This document shows, piece after piece, positions 9,027 to 18,179 of a DNA stretch of 64,000 nucleotides. Under the pieces are notes generated by a model. That model searched no databases, had not been told where the DNA came from, and was given only the letters and a program-made list of their open reading frames with translations. The stretch is from sequence record ON528735. One strand, written 5' to 3'. This DNA comes from Shigella phage ESh25. Position 1 is the stretch's first letter. The number at the start of each line of letters is the position of its first letter. The position numbers and the translations under genes were made by a program.

Positions 9027-10045
9027 TAGTTTAGTGCATTTAGTGCGTTGTTCAGTTTAGAACGTTGCTTCGTGAGATTTTTGACTTTTTCTTGTGCTTT
9101 TTCTAGCATCTTTTCAGCTTCTAACACTTCATTGGTCGCTTTAACGAGTTCATCATCTACTGCCTTAAGGGACTTCTCAATCGCATCCGCGTGCCATTTT
9201 TCAACAGGTTTAAGACTCGGATTTTCAATAGGAAGAAAATTCACTTTATTAAATTTCCATGCATCTTTATTACCTGAGCTATACATCCAAAATTTAGGAT
9301 CGTTTGATAAGCAATTAGATAAATTTAAGTTATCTTGCACTTCCTGCTTTTTCTCTTGCGGGACTTCGTCCTTTCTCAAAAAATCATATTTAAATGAAAC
9401 AACCATATCAAGTTCATATGTTGTTGTGTCTAATTTAAATCGTTCAAAACGAGGTAAAATCTTAGATTGAACAGCAGCAACAACATCCATATACTTAAAT
9501 GCTTCTGTCAGCTGTGATTTAAGGCATTCACAAATTGAAAGAGAATTTTTTGTATTAGGTTTAAAGCTAATTCGTGCAGTTCTATTATTTTCTTTTAACG
9601 GTCTTACTTCCATCTGAAGAGTATAACCATCAAATTTCAGGTTCTTTAAGTTAATGTCAGAACCTTTTAATCGACTAGCCGTCGACAAAATTTGCTTTAA
9701 TTGTTTACGGAATAGAGCAATAAATCTCCATTCAAGACGGTAATGATTTGGATTAAAAAATCCTGTTGATAAATCAACCTTACTCTGACCAACGCCTTGA
9801 ACAAATAGAGGATTTTTATAATCAATAGTTTTACAGAAATCGGTGAGCTGTTCGCGAGCAGTCATTTGCGTAATATATCCAGCTTTATCAAAATGTCGCA
9901 GCCATTCACTGCTATTCATATACTTAAAGTGAATGGAACTATTAACTCTATCAGGGTCTAAATTATTTTGGCACAAAAATGTCATAACATCACGAGTATA
10001 GCTGGCATTACGAACCATATCTTCAATTTGAGAACGAGTTTTCAT
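9026..10045 (-). CDS. hypothetical protein (339 aa) with C-terminal coiled coil (nrdC.5 position)
   Basis: Long intact ORF; paralog-like to the 309-aa ORF. Confidence 0.65.
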   Translation of the reverse strand: MKTRSQIEDMVRNASYTRDVMTFLCQNNLDPDRVNSSIHFKYMNSSEWLRHFDKAGYITQMTAREQLTDFCKTIDYKNPLFVQGVGQSKVDLSTGFFNPNHYRLEWRFIALFRKQLKQILSTASRLKGSDINLKNLKFDGYTLQMEVRPLKENNRTARISFKPNTKNSLSICECLKSQLTEAFKYMDVVAAVQSKILPRFERFKLDTTTYELDMVVSFKYDFLRKDEVPQEKKQEVQDNLNLSNCLSNDPKFWMYSSGNKDAWKFNKVNFLPIENPSLKPVEKWHADAIEKSLKAVDDELVKATNEVLEAEKMLEKAQEKVKNLTKQRSKLNNALNALN

Positions 10046-10053
10046 GGTGTTCC

Positions 10054-10941
10054 TTAAGATTTAAGTAAATCAACAATTTTAATTAATTTTTCACGTTCAG
10101 ATTTAGCTTTACTACTCAATCCAGATAGTCTGAATATTTCATCATCATATTGTTGAATAGAAATATTTAGCTCTTCAATTTGCTTATTAAAATAATCAAT
10201 TTGTTCAGAATGTTTTTCGTTACTACGAACTGGTACAGGTTTTGTAGGTAATTTAGATGAACTGGATTCATCCGGGCGATAAATTAAAATACAACTTGAA
10301 CCAATTGGACATTTTGCACCAGATGAATATTCTAATGTTCCGGCTTCTTTTAAAACTTCAAAAGCTAAACAGAGATGATGCCCCATATTAACATAATCTG
10401 TAGAGCGAGCTCTGACGTAATAATCATCTCCACGAGTGCTAAATTTAAAGCATTTAAGGTCTTCTGTATTATTGGTCTTAAAAATCATTTGTTTATCTAG
10501 ACCTTTAGCTAATCGAGCGCCTAATGCTAATAATCGTCGTTGATTTTCCCACAAATCCTCAATCATTTGATCGAATGATAATTTTGGCATTAGTCGACCA
10601 TAAAGGTCATATCCTTTATTATAATTGCGAAGAATTTCACTTGCATTAATACGAGACAATGCTCCAATTTTATTAAGGGCTTTCATAATGCGATTAGATA
10701 AACCCATTCCAGACCCGTTTGTTCGCTGTAAATGTTTTTCTAATCCAAATCCAATATCAACTTTAAATTTATCTAAAATTTCAGCATGAACATCTCTGTC
10801 AATAACATTCAAATCCAAAGTTGGGTTAAATCTATGAAAAAATTTATCTGGCTCTCCACGACGAAGTACAGTCCATTCATTCAATTTTTTATTAACTAAA
10901 GATTTAATTACTGCATTGACATTATTAATTACTACTGACAT
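10054..10941 (-). CDS. hypothetical protein (about 295 aa) with C-terminal coiled coil (nrdC.6 position)
   Basis: ATG at 10941 preceded by GAGGAA; the track start at 10962 is TTG. Confidence 0.6.
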   Translation of the reverse strand: MSVVINNVNAVIKSLVNKKLNEWTVLRRGEPDKFFHRFNPTLDLNVIDRDVHAEILDKFKVDIGFGLEKHLQRTNGSGMGLSNRIMKALNKIGALSRINASEILRNYNKGYDLYGRLMPKLSFDQMIEDLWENQRRLLALGARLAKGLDKQMIFKTNNTEDLKCFKFSTRGDDYYVRARSTDYVNMGHHLCLAFEVLKEAGTLEYSSGAKCPIGSSCILIYRPDESSSSKLPTKPVPVRSNEKHSEQIDYFNKQIEELNISIQQYDDEIFRLSGLSSKAKSEREKLIKIVDLLKS

Positions 10942-10948
10942 ATTTTCC

Positions 10949-11356
10949 TCACTCAATTTCAATTTTACTAAATATACAGAATAAGATGGAACAGACTATA
11001 TAAGCACCACACACAGATTGAACTAATACCATTCCAAAGAACCAAACGATATTATCAAACAATGTCTGTTTTACGTCGAAAGGACGTAAACTTACAGTAA
11101 TATTATCACCTTTTTCTATTGATGAATACATCTCTGGGGAAATATATTCACTAAATCTATAACCGTCTTTGAGTTCATATACGGCAATAAACGATAAACT
11201 AGACCCCTTTCCTTGAGTTCCTGTAAGGGTATTAACTACAGTAACATCATAATCTTTATAATGCATATAATCATTAATTGCGTAATAACCATATGCAATT
11301 ACTACGCATAAACAACATATCAATAAATTCAATCTTTTAATTATCAACTGTTTCAT
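10949..11356 (-). CDS. small membrane protein (135 aa; nrdC.7 position)
   Basis: Two hydrophobic segments (N- and C-terminal). Confidence 0.6.
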   Translation of the reverse strand: MKQLIIKRLNLLICCLCVVIAYGYYAINDYMHYKDYDVTVVNTLTGTQGKGSSLSFIAVYELKDGYRFSEYISPEMYSSIEKGDNITVSLRPFDVKQTLFDNIVWFFGMVLVQSVCGAYIVCSILFCIFSKIEIE

Positions 11357-11385
11357 AATAATCTCAATTAAAAGGGCTTAGAACC

Positions 11386-11411
11386 ATTATACCATCCTTG
11401 GTATAAAGCGG
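11386..11411 (-). promoter_or_regulatory. possible middle (MotA-box-like) promoter
   Basis: TATAAT at 11391-11386 with GCTTTA about 12 nt upstream instead of GTTTAC. Confidence 0.3.
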
Positions 11412-11939
11412 TTATGCGAGTACCGTCTTTAACCGTTCTTCAAACTTCCGAAGAGTATTTTGGCGTTCAGCTCTTTGCTTTTTGTAAGTTTCAATACGCT
11501 CTGAAATGAGAGTATATCGTTCATTTACTGATTCTTTCATAAAATCAGGAATTTCACGAGAAGCTTTAATCTCGTCAAATTTATCAATAACAACTTGCTC
11601 TTCAGCAATTAAGTTATCATACATCAAAATATCTTTCTTGATGAACTCAATATCTTCTTGAGTTACACGAGATAATTTAGATGCTTTATCCTTTTTGTAC
11701 TGTTCGTTAGTATCACGAGACCAGTGTAATGTACGATTTTTATTCGTATTCTTGTAAATTTCTACAATACCAATCTCATCGATAATAACGATCCAATTCC
11801 AACGGGATTTGTAAATTTGTCCTCCATCAACAGTGATTTCACCTCCGATTGAGATGTCATTAAAGAACTTGCTTTGTGCTTCTGATTTAAATTTACCATC
11901 GTTGTAATTTACCAGGTTGAAAATATCTTTAGCATTCAT
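11412..11939 (-). CDS. hypothetical protein (about 175 aa; nrdC.8 position)
   Basis: ATG at 11939 preceded by GGAGGA; upstream part of the long ORF is translated promoter/leader. Confidence 0.6.
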   Translation of the reverse strand: MNAKDIFNLVNYNDGKFKSEAQSKFFNDISIGGEITVDGGQIYKSRWNWIVIIDEIGIVEIYKNTNKNRTLHWSRDTNEQYKKDKASKLSRVTQEDIEFIKKDILMYDNLIAEEQVVIDKFDEIKASREIPDFMKESVNERYTLISERIETYKKQRAERQNTLRKFEERLKTVLA

Positions 11940-11967
11940 TTTCTGTTCCTCCGTAGTTGATAGTTGT

Positions 11968-11997
11968 ATAGTACCACAGAGGAACGGTCTTGTAAAC
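11968..11997 (-). promoter_or_regulatory. T4-type early promoter with conserved leader (ACAACTATCAAC)
   Basis: GTTTAC at 11997-11992, TACTAT at 11973-11968; 20-mer shared with promoters at 13407 and 28177. Confidence 0.6.
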
Positions 11998-11999
11998 AA

Positions 12000-12305
12000 C
12001 TAAAAGAAACTTCTTTCACAATTTTTTCCACTGAACCAAGCGCTCACTGCTTTCTTAGTCTCAGGAGCAGTGTTATCCATAAACCATTCAAAGGCAGCCT
12101 TTTTATGATTCTGGAGGGCTTCTCGGGCTTTAATCTGCTCACGGTCTATTAACACTAACATATGAGCCTTTCTTGTCACCATGGGCTTCTTATGATTTTT
12201 TGAATACTCCCAATCATTTGTCCATCGCATCGTTGTTGCGAACTGAAATACTGCTTCTTTAATTTTAGTTTCATAAATTTCACGAGCCTTTGAGTATAAC
12301 ATCAT
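12000..12305 (-). CDS. hypothetical protein (about 100 aa; nrdC.9 position)
   Basis: Three closely spaced ATGs with GGAGG nearby; exact start uncertain. Confidence 0.55.
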   Translation of the reverse strand: MMLYSKAREIYETKIKEAVFQFATTMRWTNDWEYSKNHKKPMVTRKAHMLVLIDREQIKAREALQNHKKAAFEWFMDNTAPETKKAVSAWFSGKNCERSFF

Positions 12306-12403
12306 TACCTCCATTTACCAGTTTAATTCTAGTCATCTTTTTGATGGCAGTCCATATAATCTATTTCTGAACTGCCTTTTTGTCATAGAAGACCTCTTAT
12401 GAA

Positions 12404-13372
12404 TTATTTCAGAAGAGTAACCTCAGCGATTTCTTCCCAACCGTTTTTGTCGGTCATAATAAAGTCAGCAAGATAAAGAGCAGTACGCAGTGAAACATTG
12501 CGTAAACGATTAACATTGACTTTCATCCATGATAATGCTTTATAAGTTTCTTCATCAGAAAGACCGCGCTTTTGCATCATGTCAGTTGAAAGAATAACAT
12601 CTTCAACCCTGACCATAATTTCTTCATTAGCGTGAACACCCAAATCCAAATAAACTGAGCGGGACACTAATGCTTGTAAATGTGGAGCAAGTTTAGTACC
12701 ACGGTCTAATTCGCGGTCAATGTCAACGTTTGTGATAAAAACAATCGTTCCTTTAAATTCAAACTCACGCTCAATGCCTTTTTCTTCTAAATAAGAAGAT
12801 GCAGTGCTCCAGCAGACTTTACGGGTCTCTCCAGTGTCCAGAGCAGCTTTTAGAAGATTAAGAATGTCCATATCAGAGAAAACATCCACATCATCAATCA
12901 AAAGGACAGAATTCGCTTCACGATTATTCCAAAGCTGCTCATAAAGACCAATACCAGAGATTTTACCGTTAATGCTTTTATATTCAATGTATCCATTATC
13001 ATTTGCTTTATTTAAAGCTTTATCTAAAGAATACGTTTTACCAATACCTGCTGCACCAGAGATAATTAATGAACGAATGTTTCCGTTAATAATACCATTC
13101 GTCATCATTCCCATAACATTAAATCTTTTATTAATGCGGGTTTTCATATCTTCATATGATTCTTTAACTTCTTCAACTTTTACACCATCATATGAAATGT
13201 CTGATTTGTAAACCCAAACACCGCGACGTTTACCGTCAATTTCAACAAAAACTTTACCATCTCCTTGTGCATCTACCGGAGCATTATCAGGGAACCACTC
13301 ACCTAAGAGTTCAAAAGTTCCAGAGATTTCTTTACCGAAGTAGATACCCTTATTAATAGTTACAGTTTTCAT
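12404..13372 (-). CDS. P-loop ATPase (Walker A GAAGIGKT, Walker B VLLIDDVD); nrdC.10 position
   Basis: Walker A and B motifs seen in translation; ATG at 13372 with GGAG 7 nt upstream (track start is TTG). Confidence 0.7.
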   Translation of the reverse strand: MKTVTINKGIYFGKEISGTFELLGEWFPDNAPVDAQGDGKVFVEIDGKRRGVWVYKSDISYDGVKVEEVKESYEDMKTRINKRFNVMGMMTNGIINGNIRSLIISGAAGIGKTYSLDKALNKANDNGYIEYKSINGKISGIGLYEQLWNNREANSVLLIDDVDVFSDMDILNLLKAALDTGETRKVCWSTASSYLEEKGIEREFEFKGTIVFITNVDIDRELDRGTKLAPHLQALVSRSVYLDLGVHANEEIMVRVEDVILSTDMMQKRGLSDEETYKALSWMKVNVNRLRNVSLRTALYLADFIMTDKNGWEEIAEVTLLK

Positions 13373-13406
13373 TTTATTCTCCAAATCCGTATCAGTTGAT
13401 AGTTGT

Positions 13407-13436
13407 ATAGTACTATAAAGCTTTATGCTTGTAAAC
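13407..13436 (-). promoter_or_regulatory. T4-type early promoter with conserved leader
   Basis: GTTTAC at 13436-13431, TACTAT at 13412-13407, A/T UP-like tract upstream. Confidence 0.6.
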
Positions 13437-13460
13437 CGTTTTGTGAAAAATTTTTGAAAT

Positions 13461-13484
13461 AAAAAAGGGAGCCCGAAGGCTCCC
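13461..13484 (-). terminator. rho-independent terminator (hairpin GGGAGCC-TTCG-GGCTCCC plus T run)
   Basis: Perfect 7-bp GC stem with tetraloop followed by TTTTTT on minus strand, directly after the stop at 13487. Confidence 0.6.
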
Positions 13485-13486
13485 TA

Positions 13487-14500
13487 TCATTTATAATAAC
13501 TTCGGTGGTTTTCAAGATAGACCTTCTCAAGGAAGTCATCCCAGAAACTCATGTCTACTTTTTGCTGCATACCGTTCTTAGAAGCTTCAGTAGATGCTGC
13601 TTCTACTTGATCGACCACATCTTCCAAAAACTCTTGAACTGTTTTAAATGGATGTTTACCCAACTTCACGTCGAGAATAAATGGAGCATCTTTGAGTGGA
13701 TAAACCAAGTCACCAGTTTTGTAAATTTCCAATAGTTGGAGTCCACCACGGCAAGCATGACTCAGAGCTTTCCAGTCAATACCTTCATTGGCTTCGGCCT
13801 TACGAGCACGTTCACCATATTCAGCATCTAATTTGTTCAGTGACTGCTTAAGCTCAATAAGAGAAAGCGTTGTCTGATATTTACGACCCAACACAGTGTA
13901 GAACGTTTGTGGGCCTGTTTTCTCATGATTATGGAACACCCATTCACAGAATTCGTTTTCTGGAAGACGATGCTTAATATCTTCAACTTTATTTCGACGC
14001 TGCTTAATGGAACCGTCTTCTTGGTAATCAACCCATTGCTCAGGGATTTGATTAACTACTTTCAATACATCACGTAATGCAGCCAAACGAGAACCCTTGA
14101 CACCGTATTTAGAAGCTTGCTTGCGGACATATCCTAAATAGGATTTCATGTTAGTCGTATAAAAACGAGAACGGTTGTCTTGGATAAATTTCCATACATC
14201 AGGCAAATCAGATTTAACCACTAGTTCAGGCGGAGTGTGAAGCATATCCAATGCTACAGTTTCACCATCTGCTGCTAATTTAAAGAAATACTTAAGACTG
14301 TATAGTTCATGGTCAATATCATCTTTAGTGTTTTTAGATGATGTGTTGTTAGTGTTTTTACTCATGTGCTCTTTGACATTTCCGATAAGAATATCGCGAG
14401 CAGGAGGAACAAAGATTTCTTTAAAATCTACATCAGATTCTGGGGTAGAAGTTCCATAAAGATGACTACCAAAATAGCTTTTCATTACTGTTTTCATCAT
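13487..14500 (-). CDS. Pol-beta-superfamily nucleotidyltransferase-fold protein (GS...G...SDVD motif); nrdC.11 position
   Basis: N-terminal YFGSHLYGTSTPESDVDF matches the GSx(n)G...[DE]h[DE]h nucleotidyltransferase signature. Confidence 0.65.
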   Translation of the reverse strand: MMKTVMKSYFGSHLYGTSTPESDVDFKEIFVPPARDILIGNVKEHMSKNTNNTSSKNTKDDIDHELYSLKYFFKLAADGETVALDMLHTPPELVVKSDLPDVWKFIQDNRSRFYTTNMKSYLGYVRKQASKYGVKGSRLAALRDVLKVVNQIPEQWVDYQEDGSIKQRRNKVEDIKHRLPENEFCEWVFHNHEKTGPQTFYTVLGRKYQTTLSLIELKQSLNKLDAEYGERARKAEANEGIDWKALSHACRGGLQLLEIYKTGDLVYPLKDAPFILDVKLGKHPFKTVQEFLEDVVDQVEAASTEASKNGMQQKVDMSFWDDFLEKVYLENHRSYYK

Positions 14501-14970
14501 TCAGCCTTATATTCAATAACAGGACATACTTTAGCTTTACGAGCTTTTAAAAATTCAACGATAACCGATTTCTTGGGTTGAATAGGAGGTAAACCTTTAT
14601 ACGCCCTATCAATATTTTCTACGTGTAAAGCATAATCCTTTTTCCATTTATAATCTTTATATTTTTCACGCAAATGTGCAGGAATAACAAATGAACCGAT
14701 AATAAGTAAAACAACCAAAAGCGCAAGTATAAATGCTGATGGAAGAAGAGTCCATAAACTACCGAAAATAAGCCAACGTTGTAGGCTTTCTGCACAAATA
14801 ATTGTTAGACCTGCGAGTATAGTACATCCGAAAAAAGAAACGAAAAATGTAGGGATAACAATAGACCAAAAGTATGCACACAGTGTCTTAGGTCGTTTCC
14901 ATTCGTCGTTAAACAGTTTGAATAATTTATAGTGCCAAGAGTTTTCATTAATAATCATAATTATAATCAT
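14497..14970 (-). CDS. membrane protein (157 aa, several transmembrane segments)
   Basis: Multiple hydrophobic helices in translation. Confidence 0.6.
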   Translation of the reverse strand: MIIIMIINENSWHYKLFKLFNDEWKRPKTLCAYFWSIVIPTFFVSFFGCTILAGLTIICAESLQRWLIFGSLWTLLPSAFILALLVVLLIIGSFVIPAHLREKYKDYKWKKDYALHVENIDRAYKGLPPIQPKKSVIVEFLKARKAKVCPVIEYKAE

Positions 14971-15488
14971 CCTTTCATTGAAGGTGTAACAGTTGTTAAA
15001 TACTTAATCATAGCCTCAGCTTCTGATTTTGATAATGAAATTTCTCCATTGTTTTGACGAATAGAAATAAAATCCGGATGACGGTCACCACCAGCTTTTA
15101 AAACACACATATAAGTATCAGTTTCATCTTCAATATTTGAAATGATTGAAGCAGTTCCACATGAATGCGGTTTTTGATAAATCAATACAGCTTTTCTTCC
15201 GCCATTTGACTGTTCATAAACTTTTAATACATCAAACAAATCACTTCTTTTATCAATAGCTAAAATGTTATTTTCATCTTCAACGTTAAATCCTTCGGAT
15301 ACTTCATAAAGTGTTACCCATAAATCGCCAATATCAATAACAGCGTTCACTTTTCCATGACTTTCAAGAGCATGACAAATTTTCTTGATTTCGTCATAAC
15401 TCATTTTAATAATATCATCTCCTTGAATAAGAAAGATGTCATTTTTAAATTCAACACGAATTAAACCACTTCCACTTGAAATAAACAT
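14967..15488 (-). CDS. hypothetical protein (173 aa), paralog of the adjacent 184-aa ORF
   Basis: Shares C-terminal motif S[KD]EA.A..[KN]YL..V.P[ST]M with neighbour. Confidence 0.6.
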   Translation of the reverse strand: MFISSGSGLIRVEFKNDIFLIQGDDIIKMSYDEIKKICHALESHGKVNAVIDIGDLWVTLYEVSEGFNVEDENNILAIDKRSDLFDVLKVYEQSNGGRKAVLIYQKPHSCGTASIISNIEDETDTYMCVLKAGGDRHPDFISIRQNNGEISLSKSEAEAMIKYLTTVTPSMKG

Positions 15489-15494
15489 ATTTCC

Positions 15495-16049
15495 TCACTT
15501 TGAAATCATAGTTGGAATGACAGAATCAAGATAATTCTTTAGCGCAATAGCTTCGTCTTTGGTAAATGTGACAATATGTGCTCGAGAATCATCATTTTGG
15601 CGAACAAGTACGACATCGCCATCTTCATAAGAAGTCTTGACATCCAAAGTCGTAGTATAGTTTGCAGCTACTGGATTAATAATGCTAGCACCGCGATCTT
15701 TAGCCCATTGAAGTTTAACCTTTTCGGGTGTTTCGACTGTTTCAGATTCCAAGAATTCTTTCACCTTGGCAACGAATGTTGCCCAATTGTTGATAGAAAG
15801 ACACATAAATTCAGTTTCAATATTACCGCCGTAAAGGCCACGATAAAAACGAACTTGGAGGTCGCCTGTAATATTAGTTACACCGGTAACTCCTGAGGGA
15901 GCATAAGATAAAATCGCAGCCAGTTCCATAGGAAGAATAGTAATACTATCGTCTTCCTGCGTCAGAACGTATACATTATCACGTTTTTCGATAACCAGGT
16001 CACCGAACAAATCAGTTGTTTCAATTACAGCTTTCATATTATTTACCAA
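15495..16049 (-). CDS. hypothetical protein (184 aa), paralog of the adjacent 173-aa ORF
   Basis: Conserved C-terminal motif shared with 14967-15488. Confidence 0.6.
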   Translation of the reverse strand: MVNNMKAVIETTDLFGDLVIEKRDNVYVLTQEDDSITILPMELAAILSYAPSGVTGVTNITGDLQVRFYRGLYGGNIETEFMCLSINNWATFVAKVKEFLESETVETPEKVKLQWAKDRGASIINPVAANYTTTLDVKTSYEDGDVVLVRQNDDSRAHIVTFTKDEAIALKNYLDSVIPTMISK

Positions 16050-16224
16050 TTAAAGTTTCAATATAAGAATCAAGATTTACTTTAGCTTCTTCCATAAGAA
16101 TTTTGTATTTAATCTTGTTAGCATGTCCGGAGAAAGCTGATTCATCAATAATTGTTGATGTATGAACAGCTCTACTATACGTCTCAATTAATTCTCTTAA
16201 TTTAAAAGCCTGCTCACTTGTCAT
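16039..16224 (-). CDS. hypothetical protein (61 aa)
   Basis: Short ORF; ATG overlaps the stop of an upstream 34-codon hydrophobic mini-ORF. Confidence 0.4.
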   Translation of the reverse strand: MTSEQAFKLRELIETYSRAVHTSTIIDESAFSGHANKIKYKILMEEAKVNLDSYIETLIGK

Positions 16225-16356
16225 TACATACTCCTTTGAACCATATCAATAATGTTATTCACCAGATTATAAGTAAACATTGGGTAATTATATTGAATCA
16301 TCACATACACAACAAACAAAACTTTCATTCTCTTCTCCTTGGCAGTTGACAAGATT

Positions 16357-16386
16357 ACTATACCATAACCTTGCCAACTTGTAAAC
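16357..16386 (-). promoter_or_regulatory. T4-type early promoter (-35 GTTTAC, -10 TATAGT)
   Basis: GTTTAC at 16386-16381, TATAGT at 16362-16357, 18-nt spacer. Confidence 0.5.
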
Positions 16387-16551
16387 CATTAAATGGCGTT
16401 TTCAATAAAATTCTGAAGCTTTGTGTGAGCATCAACCATGATTTTCATTTCTTCTTTGGCGAAAGCTGTACCTCTTTCCCGAGAAGAACATTCATAGTCA
16501 GAAACTGCATTAGCATATTCTTCAATTAGTTTCATTAAAAACATCTGCTTT

Positions 16552-16746
16552 TCAGTTTTCATTATTCCACCTAATCATTTCAAGATATTGAACTAACTTA
16601 GCTTTAGATTTATCCAAATCCTTTTTAGCTGTTGCTATACCGTCGTATGAATATCCTTCACAATGCTCAACTGCTAATTGGTATGAATCTATTTCAATAT
16701 CACGTGCTAATTTAATGATTTTTTCAAACTGTTCACGTGTTAGCAT
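16552..16746 (-). CDS. hypothetical protein (64 aa)
   Basis: Short ORF in tightly packed early operon. Confidence 0.45.
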   Translation of the reverse strand: MLTREQFEKIIKLARDIEIDSYQLAVEHCEGYSYDGIATAKKDLDKSKAKLVQYLEMIRWNNEN

Positions 16747-16748
16747 AC

Positions 16749-16952
16749 TTAAGCTCTCGTATTATGATCAATAATTTCATCAAGAAACATATCTAACGCT
16801 TCTATAGCATTATCCACTTTAGTTTCAAAGTCTTTAATGCCTTTATTCGAAATACCCGATGAATACCAAGCAAAGTCAATCAGCTCTTCATCTGCTTTAC
16901 GAATTGAAGCCACTAATTCCTTGATTTTATCTGCTTGCTCTATACTAATCAT
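16749..16952 (-). CDS. hypothetical protein (about 67 aa)
   Basis: ATG at 16952 shares a nucleotide with the upstream stop (TAATG coupling). Confidence 0.45.
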   Translation of the reverse strand: MISIEQADKIKELVASIRKADEELIDFAWYSSGISNKGIKDFETKVDNAIEALDMFLDEIIDHNTRA

Positions 16953-17140
16953 TATTCCACCACATATGACAGAGAGAATATTGCACACGCCATGTGAGTT
17001 GCAACTTCATCACACATATTATAACGTTTCTTAAGAAGTTCTACAAGTTCTTCACTAGTAACTTCATCCATGTCGACGAAAAAATCACCATTAATGATGA
17101 CGTAGATATTTCCTTCTTGATTAAGTGCTTCAATTTTCAT
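16952..17140 (-). CDS. hypothetical protein (about 62 aa)
   Basis: ATG at 17140 preceded by AAGAGGAG; the longer ORF start lies upstream of the promoter -10. Confidence 0.5.
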
Positions 17141-17167
17141 GATGTTCTCCTCTTTATCTAATAGTTG

Positions 17168-17197
17168 TATAGTATCACGGCTCAAACGAAAAGTAAA
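17168..17197 (-). promoter_or_regulatory. T4-type early promoter
   Basis: GTTTAC at 17197-17192, TACTAT at 17173-17168. Confidence 0.55.
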
Positions 17198-17208
17198 CCG
17201 GTAAAATG

Positions 17209-17229
17209 AAAAAAGTCTCCCGAAGGAGA
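17209..17229 (-). terminator. rho-independent terminator (GTCTCC-TTCG-GGAGAC plus T run)
   Basis: Hairpin followed by TTTTT on minus strand immediately after the stop at 17236. Confidence 0.55.
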
Positions 17230-17235
17230 CTAATG

Positions 17236-17622
17236 CTATTCGAGGGAAAGAAGATATTTACTTTGGTAAAACATTCCAGTAATATCATCTATCGTGCTTT
17301 GGATGGCTGGAGGCATTTCTTTATAAATGCTGTTAGATTGGTCTAGTATGCGATCAATCATTTTAATTGTGTCGGTAGGAAGTTTACTGGCATCTGGAAT
17401 TGAAGGCGTGTATTTTCTACCAGAATACCCCAAATATTGCTCACCAAATTTATCAATCAAATCTGGCAACTCGGAGAAAATAAAATCGTATGCTTTGTGT
17501 CTAGCATAACTTTTAGTTTCAAAATGTGCAGAATGAAAATAAGCTTGTGCAGCCATTAATAAACCTAAGTATTCATCTGCCTTTGAAGGTTTTCCACTTT
17601 GTGAAAAGTCGCTGAATTTCAT
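17236..17622 (-). CDS. hypothetical protein (128 aa; rI.-1 position)
   Basis: Intact ORF directly downstream of rI. Confidence 0.6.
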
Positions 17623-17912
17623 TCAGTCTCCAATTTAATGTTCATAATTCTAGCGTATGATTGTGCCATCTCCGCGCCTCGTTCTATACATTCAAAATCA
17701 GAAGAGCACGGGTCATTTTTATAGGTCGTTCTCATAAAACTATAGAACTGTTCAGATGATTCTACGCTTTTATTTTCAAAAAGCATATAAACATGTCTAA
17801 TACCAGATTCCATAAATTTATCAAAATGAGGATCGACATTCGCTTCAATTGGTGGAGATAAAGCAAATGACAATCCTAGCATGGCAAAAAGTGCCGTTGC
17901 TTTTAAGGCCAT
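17619..17912 (-). CDS. rI: lysis inhibition regulator rI (periplasmic, signal-anchor)
   Basis: 97 aa with N-terminal signal-anchor; recalled near-identity to T4 RI. Confidence 0.9.
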   Translation of the reverse strand: MALKATALFAMLGLSFALSPPIEANVDPHFDKFMESGIRHVYMLFENKSVESSEQFYSFMRTTYKNDPCSSDFECIERGAEMAQSYARIMNIKLETE

Positions 17913-17924
17913 AAAGGCCTCCTA

Positions 17925-18137
17925 TCATTTTTGTCCTGTATTTACTTTATGCCGATGCACGGCCTTAACTTTATCAAGGTATTTTTCAAAATTTCGCAAT
18001 CTAGTATAGTCTGCCGGAGATTGGTTGAGTGATACTTCTCGACGCAAAGCTGAAATGATATTTCCAACTTCCCTACGAATTTCATCTAATTGAAGCACAG
18101 TAAGATTGCGAAGTTGCTTTTCAGTTAATTGTAGCAT
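17925..18137 (-). CDS. hypothetical protein (70 aa)
   Basis: Intact ORF between tk and rI. Confidence 0.5.
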
Positions 18138-18179
18138 ATATACCCCTTTAGTTAGATAAACCTATTTATAACTTTTGCA

